DNA of 64,000 nt from an uncultured Acidobacteriota bacterium (GTDB lineage: Bacteria > Acidobacteriota > Thermoanaerobaculia > Gp7-AA8). A program made the translations under genes and the position numbers. Every line of letters starts with the position of its first letter. Positions within the stretch are counted from its first letter, which is position 1. The DNA lies in the NCBI GenBank assembly GCA_963822445.1, contig CAWGHO010000001.1, positions 1,344,001 to 1,408,000 on the forward strand, given 5' to 3'. This document shows positions 33,658 through 44,116 of the stretch, piece by piece. The notes under the pieces were generated by a model. It made no database searches. It saw only the letters and a program-made list of their open reading frames with translations, and was not told the DNA's origin.

Positions 33658-34092
33658 ATGCCAGTACAAAAGCTTGATGGGGCAGGCCGGCGGATCCTCG
33701 TCATCGACGACGATCTGGCAATTCGCGTTCTTCTGCACGCCGTTTTGAAGCGGATGAAGTTCGACGTCGACCTGGCTGAAGACGGAGCGGTCGGTCTGGA
33801 GAAGCTGCAGCAGGACGGCGGATTCGACCTGGTGCTCCTCGACCTGATGATGCCCCGCCTCAACGGCTACGAATTCATCGAGCAGATCGGCCAGCGCTAC
33901 CACGAGAAGCGTCCCCACATCATCGTCTTCACCGCCGCGGGCAAGCGCGGTGTCGACAAGATCCCCGCCGATGCGGTGTGCAACTCCATCCTCAAGCCGT
34001 TCGATCTCGACACGTTCATCGAGATCATTTCGGATTGCCTGAATCGCGCGCACGGGACGGGTTCCGCAGCTTCCACTCGATCTGCCGAATGA
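33658..34092 (+). CDS. Single-domain response regulator receiver
   Basis: ILVIDDD, LLDLMMP, FTA, KPF. Confidence 0.9.
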   Translation: MPVQKLDGAGRRILVIDDDLAIRVLLHAVLKRMKFDVDLAEDGAVGLEKLQQDGGFDLVLLDLMMPRLNGYEFIEQIGQRYHEKRPHIIVFTAAGKRGVDKIPADAVCNSILKPFDLDTFIEIISDCLNRAHGTGSAASTRSAE

Positions 34093-34756
34093 TGCCGAGG
34101 GCGATGGTCACCTCGCGGTGATCGAGATCGGCCCGGGCCGCGATCGCGCGCAGGTCGTCGTAAATCCGATCGGGTTTGTTCTCGTGGAGGAAGCCCACTT
34201 CCGTGAGCAGCTCGCGGGCGCGCTGATGCAGGCGCTCGATGTCCGCGGCGCTGGCCAGCGTTCGATCCTGCGCGGCCGGCGCGATCGACGAGAGCTCATA
34301 GCAGAACACGCACGCCGCCTGGGCGAGATTCATCGTGGGAAAGGCGTCGTTCGCGGGGATGGACGCGGTGTGCTGACAAAGCACGAGCTCTTCGCGCGTC
34401 AGTCCGCTGTGCTCGCGGCCGAAGACCAGCGCGAGGATCTGATCGTCGCCGAGTGACGCGAATCTCTGTCCGAGTGTGCGCGGCGTAAAAGTCACCGGCG
34501 TAACCCGCCCACGCATCGACGTCGTGGCGACGGTGACATGTGCGTCGGCGACCGCTTCGAGCAACGTCGGGGCAAAACGCGCCGCGGCCAGCAGGTCGTC
34601 CGCGCCACTCGCCCACCATCCCGAAACAGGCAACAGTTCAGGATGCTCGCCGACGATCCAGAGCTCGGAGAACCCGAAGTTCTTCATCGCCCGCGCCACC
34701 GCGCCGACGTTGCCGGCTTCCTGGGGAGAGACGAGGATGAGGCGCAGTGTGGCCAT
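34025..34756 (-). CDS. TrmJ/LasT-family SPOUT RNA methyltransferase
   Basis: GNVGAVARAMKNFG, LVFGREHSGLT, MNLAQA. Confidence 0.9.
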   Translation of the reverse strand: MATLRLILVSPQEAGNVGAVARAMKNFGFSELWIVGEHPELLPVSGWWASGADDLLAAARFAPTLLEAVADAHVTVATTSMRGRVTPVTFTPRTLGQRFASLGDDQILALVFGREHSGLTREELVLCQHTASIPANDAFPTMNLAQAACVFCYELSSIAPAAQDRTLASAADIERLHQRARELLTEVGFLHENKPDRIYDDLRAIAARADLDHREVTIALGIIRQIEWKLRNPSRARDSGNPK

Positions 34757-34759
34757 GTC

Positions 34760-34845
34760 GTTGCGAGGTTACGGGGTTACGAGGTTACGGGGTACAACCC
34801 GTACCACCCCGTAACCTCGTAACCCCGTCACCCCGAAACCTCGCG
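34760..34845. repeat. Inverted tandem 8-mer hairpin (GTTACG[G/A]G)n, copy A
   Basis: gttgcgag gttacggg gttacgag gttacggg ... accccgta acctcgta accccgtc accccgaa acctcgcg. Confidence 0.9.
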
Positions 34846-36180
34846 AAGGCTCGCAATCATCGCGTCCACATCTGACTCACCCGTCCTCGGATTCATCATC
34901 GTCACGCGCAGCACGCGCTCGCCGCGGAGGATGGTCGAGGTGATCCAGGCTTTTCCGCTGCGGATCAGGCGTTCGCGGAGATCGGCGGTTTGCTGATCGT
35001 CGAAACCGCGGCGGCGGAAGCAGAGGATGTTCAGCTCGGGCTCGTGGCAGGGCTCGAAGTCATCGGATTCGCGCAGGCGGTCGTAGAGATAGCGGGTCAG
35101 ATCGGCGACGCGCTCGATGGCTTCGACGATCGGCGCGGTGCCGTGGGCGCGGAGCATCAGCCAGAGCTTCAGCGCATCCGCGCGCTTCGAGCACTGGATG
35201 GTCATCTCGCCGATGTTCTCGCTGGCCCGCTCGGCGTGAAACAGGTAGGGCGCATCGACCGCGAACGCGCGGCGAAGCCACTCGCCGTTGCGCACGAGCA
35301 CCGTGCCCATCGACAGCGGCATCCACATCATCTTGTGCGGATCCCAGGAGAGCGAGTCGGCGTGGCCGAGGCCGCGGACGAGGTGGGCGAAGCGGTCGCT
35401 GAGAAGGACCGAGGCGCCGTGGGCCGCGTCGACGTGCAGCCAGGTGCGGTAGCGGTCGCGAAGCGGCAGGATCTCGTCGAGCGCATCGAATGCGCCGGTG
35501 GCCGTGGAACCCGATGTGGCCACGATCGCCAGCACGGCCGCATCGCCGCGCGCTTCCACGGCGGCCAGAGCTTGCTCGAGCAGACCGACATCCATCCGAT
35601 GCCGCTCGTCCGTGGCGACCTTCAACACGTCCGATTCGGAGATGCCCATGATTCCCGCCGCGCGGGCGATCGAGTAGTGCGCGTCGGCCGAAGTGATGAC
35701 CACCGGCTTCTTCCCCTCGTGCTCCACGTCCATCGTGAATCGCGCACGCGCGGCGAGGAGCGCGGTGAGGTTCGCCGCCGAACCGCCCGAGACCGCGGTG
35801 CCTTCCGCGGTCTCGGGATAACCGGCCAGGCCGATCATCCAGCGAACGATCTCCTTCTCGATGAGCGTGCCGATTGGGCTCATCTCCCAGACCGCCGTGG
35901 ACTGGTTGAGCATCGAGATCATCAGGTCGGCGACCGCGGCGTCGAGAAACGGCGGGCAGACCTGATGGCCCATGTACGAGGGGTGATGCAACTGGATCGA
36001 GAAGTCGGCGACGAGCTTCGCCGACTCGATCGGCGAAGAGCGCGACCCGTCGAGCCTCACCAGCTCGCGCAACTCGTCGAAAGGTCTCCATTGGACCACC
36101 GGCCGCGCGTCGATCCCCTCGACGTGATCGAAGAGAAGATCGACGAGCTGGTGAGCGAATGCGCGGGACGCGGCGGCCAT
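34828..36180 (-). CDS. Group II PLP-dependent amino acid decarboxylase
   Basis: HHPSYMGHQ, SGGSAANL, AHYS, LHVDAAHG, DPHKMM (PLP Lys). Confidence 0.9.
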   Translation of the reverse strand: MAAASRAFAHQLVDLLFDHVEGIDARPVVQWRPFDELRELVRLDGSRSSPIESAKLVADFSIQLHHPSYMGHQVCPPFLDAAVADLMISMLNQSTAVWEMSPIGTLIEKEIVRWMIGLAGYPETAEGTAVSGGSAANLTALLAARARFTMDVEHEGKKPVVITSADAHYSIARAAGIMGISESDVLKVATDERHRMDVGLLEQALAAVEARGDAAVLAIVATSGSTATGAFDALDEILPLRDRYRTWLHVDAAHGASVLLSDRFAHLVRGLGHADSLSWDPHKMMWMPLSMGTVLVRNGEWLRRAFAVDAPYLFHAERASENIGEMTIQCSKRADALKLWLMLRAHGTAPIVEAIERVADLTRYLYDRLRESDDFEPCHEPELNILCFRRRGFDDQQTADLRERLIRSGKAWITSTILRGERVLRVTMMNPRTGESDVDAMIASLREVSG

Positions 36181-36193
36181 CGGACCGCGGATT

Positions 36194-37537
36194 CTACGGC
36201 ACGGTCATCCGGCGGTGCTGCGGCGAGAACGTCGTCACATGCTGCGTGTCGTTGTTGGTCACGCTGACGAACGCCCAGAGCAGCGCGTCCTTCGTGCGGC
36301 CGCGGATGACGATGTCGGCGATACCGGCGTTTCGCACCGACGGAATGCCGTCGAGGTTGAGCACCGCGTACGTCGGATGATGGGGATAGCAGGGCGTGGT
36401 CACGCAGACGATGCGATTCTCGAGCGTCGCGGTGAGGATCACCGGCGTCTTGCCTTCCACCCGCACTTCGATGACCACTTCGCGACCGTCGATTGCATCG
36501 AGGTCGTAGATGCGCAACGTCTGCCGGGACTCCGCGGTGAGGGGTACGTTGAGGATGGACAGCTCCGCGGCGGCCTGTTTTTCATGAACAACGCGCAGCT
36601 CCGTGCCTGCGTCGGTGGCGCGGCGCGAACGGTCGAAGATGTGGGACGAGTACGAGAGCCAGGAGTCCATCCCACGGGGGATGAAGAACAACAGGCCGCC
36701 GTCGCGATCGACCGTATCGAGCACTCTCCGTTGACCGGCCTGCAGGGGCTCGGGACCGGGAGGCGTAATGATGGGGGTCACCAGCGTGGGGATGGTCGGC
36801 ACCTCGATCGGCCCGCGATTCAGGATCACGTTCTCCGTTCGCCAATCCGATCCATGCGCGCCGGGGCCGCGGAAGGCAATCGGGTAAACGATCCGCTCAT
36901 GTTCGGCACTCAGATCGGCCTGCAGATCGGGATACAGAAAGGCTTGCGTCGCGGTGGTTTTCTTTCCATCGCGATCGGTGACCACGACGTCGACGAGGCC
37001 CGGCGCATGGGCCGGTGCAACGGCCGCGATATCCCCGTGGGGCGTGACCTCGACCGTCCCCGACTTCACCCCGCCGAACGTGACCTCGGGCAGCGCGCAA
37101 GGAAAGATCGCGCAGGCACCGTGATCGCGGACGTCGATGAGGACCTGCGTCCCGGCAAAACCGAAGGACGGTTTGAGCACGAACGGATGCTCGCGCACGA
37201 CCAGCGTGTCCCGCACCATCTCCGTGCCGTTGTGCCTGACCACCAACGTGTTCGTGCCGGCGGGCACGCGTCCCACGGTCACCCGTTCGCCCCACTGGCT
37301 GGGCACGAGGATGCATCCGCCGCTCGACTGGAGATCGATCGTCACGATCCCCGCGGCGATCGTCACCCGCGGCGTGTGAGGAATGCAGCCATCCGAACAT
37401 CCGCCGGCGAGCACCACCTCGATTTCGTCGTGCACGGTCGGCCGCGGAGGCCTGACGTCGAGGCGGGAGACGCCGACGCACACGGCGAACATCGGTTGCG
37501 CGGCGACGAGGAGAAGGAGAATGAGAAGACGTTTCAC
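36194..37537 (-). CDS. Secreted IPT/TIG-domain protein with C-terminal GAHGS module
   Basis: Signal peptide, VTFGG...APAHAPGLVDVVVT (IPT-like), PGAHGSDWRTE...WAFVSVTNNDTQ. Confidence 0.78.
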   Translation of the reverse strand: MKRLLILLLLVAAQPMFAVCVGVSRLDVRPPRPTVHDEIEVVLAGGCSDGCIPHTPRVTIAAGIVTIDLQSSGGCILVPSQWGERVTVGRVPAGTNTLVVRHNGTEMVRDTLVVREHPFVLKPSFGFAGTQVLIDVRDHGACAIFPCALPEVTFGGVKSGTVEVTPHGDIAAVAPAHAPGLVDVVVTDRDGKKTTATQAFLYPDLQADLSAEHERIVYPIAFRGPGAHGSDWRTENVILNRGPIEVPTIPTLVTPIITPPGPEPLQAGQRRVLDTVDRDGGLLFFIPRGMDSWLSYSSHIFDRSRRATDAGTELRVVHEKQAAAELSILNVPLTAESRQTLRIYDLDAIDGREVVIEVRVEGKTPVILTATLENRIVCVTTPCYPHHPTYAVLNLDGIPSVRNAGIADIVIRGRTKDALLWAFVSVTNNDTQHVTTFSPQHRRMTVP

Positions 37538-37923
37538 TGGACCTCCGATTGATTGAACAGATCGTCGAGGGCGACCGCCGGGTTGAAGCGGTCGATGAGC
37601 GCGTTCCAGGCCGCCAGATACCGCTCCTTCGGCACCCTGAAGGCCCCGGCAACCTTCCCCTCAGCCTCGGCGATGTAAACCCACCCGCCGTGCTCGAAGA
37701 TCGCGATCTGCCAGGCGTCCTCGCGGTCTTCGTAGGGCTCCTCGCGGGTGCCGAGGGGGATGTCGGACTGGATGAAGTGGCGCAGATCGCGATCGGCGTG
37801 ATCCCAGGCCGGGAAGCCGGCCAGATGCCCTTCCCGCTCGCTGACCAGTTCGACGTGCTTTCCGCCGTCGTTACTGTCGATCAGCCGGACCGCGAAATCT
37901 TCGATGGTGCGGAAGTCGGTCAT
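37534..37923 (-). CDS. Small acidic cytoplasmic hypothetical protein
   Basis: MTDFRTIEDF...; ATGA overlaps with both neighbours; no signal peptide. Confidence 0.7.
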   Translation of the reverse strand: MTDFRTIEDFAVRLIDSNDGGKHVELVSEREGHLAGFPAWDHADRDLRHFIQSDIPLGTREEPYEDREDAWQIAIFEHGGWVYIAEAEGKVAGAFRVPKERYLAAWNALIDRFNPAVALDDLFNQSEVQ

Positions 37924-39254
37924 GGCTCGCCGCTGCCTCCCGCGGGGGTGACCACGGTGACCTGCTGCGTGGAGTTGTTCGTGATGGTCGCGAAGGCCCA
38001 GGCATACGAGCCTTCCGGCGCGGTGATGTAGATGGCCACGCGCTCGTTGGTGTCGCCGGTCTGGAGATCGAGCTCGCCGTACGACGCGCAGGTATCGCAC
38101 GGCCGGGTCAGCTGAACGACGCGGCTGGGCTTCACCGAGTGCGTCTCCGGATTCATGATCGTGACCGTGGCATTCGTCTCTTCGGTATCGAACGCATAAA
38201 TGCGCAGTTTCACGCGGAAGCGCGGATCGAGCGGCACGTCGAGCAGGCTGACGGCGCGATTGAAGACGAGATCCTTCTCGCGAACGACAGGAATCTCGGT
38301 TCCGAAGCTTTCAGCCTGCCTCGAGGTGTCCCGGATCCGCAGCGCGAAGGCCAGATCATCCGCCTCGTTGCGGGGAACGAGGAGGGCGACGCCCTGCGGG
38401 AAATTACTGCCGACCGTCCGGCCGTAGAAGCCGGGCGAGAGCCGCTCGCCGCAGGGATAGGTGATGCAGACGTAAGACTCGATGGTGTTGTAGTTGTCGA
38501 CGAACCAGGGATTCGGATTCGAGATCACCGCCTCGCTGACCCAGTTCGAGCCGTGCGCGCCGGGGGCGTTGAACAGCACCGGGAAGAGGATGCGCTCGAA
38601 GATCGAGATTTCCGGCGAGTCGAAGTAGTAGACCGCGTTCGGATACTTCCAGGTCACGACCGGTGTCCGTTTCTCGACAAGCACATCCGCGAATCCGACC
38701 GGATTTGCCGGCGCATCGAACGTGACCGCGTTCTGGCCCTCGACCCGCTGGACATTCGTCGCGACGCCTGCGCCGACGCGGATGGTCGTGTCGGAACAAT
38801 CGGACGTCGCGCAGATCGCAAGAAGCTCGTCTTCGTCCACGGTGAGCGTCATCCGCAAGCCGGCGGGCTGGGTGCGGATGGCGAAGGGGTGAATGTCGAA
38901 CTCGGCGGGCGAGCGGGCGTGCCGGACGTGGAGCGTGGTGCCCAGCTGAATGAAGTCGTCGCCGGAGTATCTGTAGTCGAGGCGATACGTGCCCGCGGCC
39001 AGCGTTCCGATGGGGATGTAGCGGGTGACCGGGATCGGCGGGCTGCCGCACGTTCCGTCGGCCTTGATGATCAGCAGAATCGCTCCAGGCGACTTCTCGA
39101 CGGTGAAGGTGTCGTTGCGGACGCAGCTGGTGGTGTAGACCAGCGTGATCGGCGTTTCGTCGGTCGGGCCGGGCGGGTGGACCTGGATGGTGCCGTCCAG
39201 CGCGAAAATGGGGAGCGCTGCGAGGACGACCAGGAGGGAACGCAGCAGGGTCAT
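37920..39254 (-). CDS. Secreted protein, paralog of 36194-37537
   Basis: Signal peptide, PPGPTDETPI, ERILFPVLFNAPGAHGSNWVSE, WAFATITNNSTQ. Confidence 0.78.
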   Translation of the reverse strand: MTLLRSLLVVLAALPIFALDGTIQVHPPGPTDETPITLVYTTSCVRNDTFTVEKSPGAILLIIKADGTCGSPPIPVTRYIPIGTLAAGTYRLDYRYSGDDFIQLGTTLHVRHARSPAEFDIHPFAIRTQPAGLRMTLTVDEDELLAICATSDCSDTTIRVGAGVATNVQRVEGQNAVTFDAPANPVGFADVLVEKRTPVVTWKYPNAVYYFDSPEISIFERILFPVLFNAPGAHGSNWVSEAVISNPNPWFVDNYNTIESYVCITYPCGERLSPGFYGRTVGSNFPQGVALLVPRNEADDLAFALRIRDTSRQAESFGTEIPVVREKDLVFNRAVSLLDVPLDPRFRVKLRIYAFDTEETNATVTIMNPETHSVKPSRVVQLTRPCDTCASYGELDLQTGDTNERVAIYITAPEGSYAWAFATITNNSTQQVTVVTPAGGSGEP

Positions 39255-39268
39255 TGAATTCTCCAAGA

Positions 39269-39293
39269 TCGATATGCTGATTCAGCATATCGA
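39269..39293. promoter_or_regulatory. Perfect 12-bp inverted repeat, candidate operator
   Basis: tcgatatgctga-t-tcagcatatcga in a divergent intergenic region. Confidence 0.55.
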
Positions 39294-39406
39294 ATTGTCG
39301 GGGCAGGTCAACCAGCGACCGCGTCGCCTCCCGGAATCGAGGACGGTGCACCTCTCTCGCCACCGCTCAGGTAGGGAATCCGCGCGGCGCAACACTCCTA
39401 CAGTGA

Positions 39407-40210
39407 GTGAGTGAGATGTCGGCCGCAACCGAGCCTGTGAGTGCGCCTGCGCCCAAAGGGGAGACCCCGGAGAAGAAATCCTGCACTACGTGCGGCCTGG
39501 GGATCCCTTTTGCCGCGATCTGGTGCAAGGAGTGTAAAGCGCCGCAGAAAGCAGATGAATGCCGGGTCTGCGGAGCGGTCATTCCGCGGTACGCGAAGGT
39601 CTGCAACACCTGTAAGTCGTATCAGGACTGGCGCCGCCGCATTCCAGGCGACCAGGTGGCGCTGGCCCTCCTCGTCGCGATCCTGTCGCTGCTCAGCACA
39701 CTCCTCCCCCAGGTCATCAAGTTCGTGAATCTGCGTTCGCGTACATCCGGTTTCTATCTCTCCTCGGACATCGACGAGCCAGCCAGCAAAAGCAAGGAGC
39801 GTTCGGTGATGAGCATCCGGCTGACGAACGAAGGCGGTCGCCCCGCGCGGGTTGAGCATGTTCGGATCGATTTCGGAACGAAAGAACTCGCGCAGATCCG
39901 CGATTTTCCGATTCTGAACCGCGGAAACATGGTCGTGCCAGCAGGAGACAAGAGCGACCTGAAGGTGTTCGTGCACGGTCTGTCGAATACGCCGACGACG
40001 AAACTGGACATCGAGAAACTCGCTACCGCGCTCTGCACGGCGAAGACGACCATCTATGTCACGGTACGGGAGCGGTCGCGGCTCTTCGGCACACTGGAGC
40101 CGGAAAAAGAGATCGATCCGATCGAGGTTCCGAAGAACGCCGCGCGCGACTGGGTATTGGAACGAGTTCCCGCCACGGGAACGGGGTTCAAGAAAGAGAA
40201 CTGCCCATGA
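39407..40210 (+). CDS. Double zinc-ribbon, single-TM hypothetical protein
   Basis: Four CxxC pairs, TM VALALLVAILSLLSTLL, beta-rich C-terminal domain. Confidence 0.72.
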   Translation: MSEMSAATEPVSAPAPKGETPEKKSCTTCGLGIPFAAIWCKECKAPQKADECRVCGAVIPRYAKVCNTCKSYQDWRRRIPGDQVALALLVAILSLLSTLLPQVIKFVNLRSRTSGFYLSSDIDEPASKSKERSVMSIRLTNEGGRPARVEHVRIDFGTKELAQIRDFPILNRGNMVVPAGDKSDLKVFVHGLSNTPTTKLDIEKLATALCTAKTTIYVTVRERSRLFGTLEPEKEIDPIEVPKNAARDWVLERVPATGTGFKKENCP

Positions 40211-40905
40211 AGAAATGGCTCGTGATTTTCCTGTCGATCGCTGCCACAGATGCGGTGGCCTGCAAGGACGGACGCACCCTGCGTGTGCGCTTCCAGAGCT
40301 GTCCGGCACAAGAGGACAGCATCGACGTTCGCGTGGGGGGGAACGCGGACTTTACGCTGCTGAAGGTAAGAGAGAAGGTCTACGAGTACGAGTTGCCGGG
40401 ACCGATTGGGACGAATCTCTCCCTCAAGATCGACAGCAATCCTCCGATCTGCTGCACGCCGACGGCGCGGTTGGTCCCCGAACCGCCGCCCAGCATCGAT
40501 TGCGACGTGGAGTACGTCGTATACTGCGATCCGCCGCCCTCCTGGGCCATCCGCGGCGTCAAGACAGGCGACGTAACGTTCAAGTTTGCCGCCGAACATC
40601 CCGCCAAATTCGAAACCTGTCCCCCCTTGGACGTTACTGCGATTGACGGCTGGCTGACCGGCCTCCGGAGCCTCGACACAGTCAAAGTCGCGGTTCTGAG
40701 CAAGAACAGGGAGGTCGTGAAGTTCCCCGTCACGCTCACGAATTTCACGAGCCCGCGCGTGGTGAAAAGTAGCGACGAACTGCGGGACCTCATTCTCAAG
40801 TCATCACACAAGCCGCCGGAAGATCTGACCGTGGTGGAAAAGAGCGTGATCGAGTCGCGCCTCGCGCTCGTACCGAAGAACGGCGTCACGGTGGAGAAAC
40901 GCTGA
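40207..40905 (+). CDS. Exported Cys-rich hypothetical protein
   Basis: MKKWLVIFLSIAATDAVA signal-like N-terminus; ATGA coupling. Confidence 0.72.
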   Translation: MKKWLVIFLSIAATDAVACKDGRTLRVRFQSCPAQEDSIDVRVGGNADFTLLKVREKVYEYELPGPIGTNLSLKIDSNPPICCTPTARLVPEPPPSIDCDVEYVVYCDPPPSWAIRGVKTGDVTFKFAAEHPAKFETCPPLDVTAIDGWLTGLRSLDTVKVAVLSKNREVVKFPVTLTNFTSPRVVKSSDELRDLILKSSHKPPEDLTVVEKSVIESRLALVPKNGVTVEKR

Positions 40906-41846
40906 TGAGCAGCCACTTCCGGGCCGTGCTTGCGTTGGCCATTGCGTCGATTGCCCTGCCTTGCGCGGCACAGGAGCTCGACGTTTTCGAATTGACGGAC
41001 TTCGTCGATCCTCGCTTGCGGGGAGCGGAAGTCGAAGAGCTAAAAGTCATCAGTCCGGGAGCCGGCTATCAGTACATCCGCGCCGTGAGCGGCTACATCG
41101 CGAACTACACCTCGCGTACCGATCCGACAGGGGGTGGCGTCGGTTTCCTCCACGTCGCCGGGAACCTCTACTCGGGCGTGAACCAGTTCAATGTGAAGCT
41201 GACCGCGCTGGAGCCGCACGATCTGCGTGAGACTGGCCGCCGGGCCTTATTTCGCGTTACCGGACAGATGGCGCGCTACAGCTTCTCGTACCTCGAGGAC
41301 CCCAAGACGAAGGCGAAAGAGGAGATCGCCGACCGGTTTCTCCTCACCTTATCCGCCGAAGAACGCGACATTTGCCAGCCTGATTCTTCCTCGTCAGTGG
41401 AGGGGAATCTGCCGCGGCCGGTCGTCTGCAAACGACATTTCGATTCCGAGCTCGGTATTCAGTCGGACAGCTCGATCTTCCCCGGCAAGGACAGTGATTT
41501 CGTCGGCTTCACGTTCGGAGTCCGGAATACTGGGGAAGCGGGCCTGATCTTCCGCGGAACGATCGGGTTCCGATTCCTGCAGCAGGAAGTCAGCGTCGGC
41601 CGCATGAGTGTGACCATGGACCACAGCCTCGAGCATGGCTACGGTTCTCTCCACCTCGGAGCAACGCGGCTCGGCCTCGGCTATTCGATCCCGCTCGGAA
41701 AGCGGTTTTCGCTGAACGCCGTCTACCAGCCCAGCTACGTCCCACGTGAGCCGGGCAGCCGCGTGAATCACGAGATGGCCTTCTTCATCGACACTAGGTT
41801 GCTGGCGCGCATCCTACCCACTCAGGAGCCGGCCCCAGCTCAGTGA
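40905..41846 (+). CDS. Exported hypothetical protein, probable outer-membrane beta-barrel
   Basis: Signal peptide; alternating polar/hydrophobic strands (RLGLGYSIPL, FSLNAVYQP); TGATG coupling. Confidence 0.65.
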   Translation: MSSHFRAVLALAIASIALPCAAQELDVFELTDFVDPRLRGAEVEELKVISPGAGYQYIRAVSGYIANYTSRTDPTGGGVGFLHVAGNLYSGVNQFNVKLTALEPHDLRETGRRALFRVTGQMARYSFSYLEDPKTKAKEEIADRFLLTLSAEERDICQPDSSSSVEGNLPRPVVCKRHFDSELGIQSDSSIFPGKDSDFVGFTFGVRNTGEAGLIFRGTIGFRFLQQEVSVGRMSVTMDHSLEHGYGSLHLGATRLGLGYSIPLGKRFSLNAVYQPSYVPREPGSRVNHEMAFFIDTRLLARILPTQEPAPAQ

Positions 41847-41852
41847 CGGCAC

Positions 41853-41878
41853 CGCCGAATCGCGTCAAGGATTCGGCG
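41853..41878 (+). terminator. Stem-loop after the three-gene operon
   Basis: cgccgaatc-gcgtcaag-gattcggcg, 9-bp stem, no U-tract. Confidence 0.4.
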
Positions 41879-41985
41879 TAATCGGGAGCCGTCGGCGAGT
41901 AGCCATCACACGAAACAAGGAGGGCGAGGAGAAGGGGGATCCGTTTCTCGATCAGTACGGCTGAACCTCGGTGCGTCCAACCGGA

Positions 41986-44023
<2,038 letters not shown>

Positions 44024-44116
44024 GGCCGCGGGAGTGTACGGACCGCGGCTGAGCTCGGCGTGAACGGCGCGTTACGGACCGGTAGGGATTCCGTCGATTC
44101 GCGACACTCCTGAGTC

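Noticed and set aside
31071-34092. Convergent 3' overlaps (lhgO/ligA 38 bp; response regulator/trmJ-like 68 bp)
   Set aside because: Common in compact high-GC genomes; no sign of a special function.
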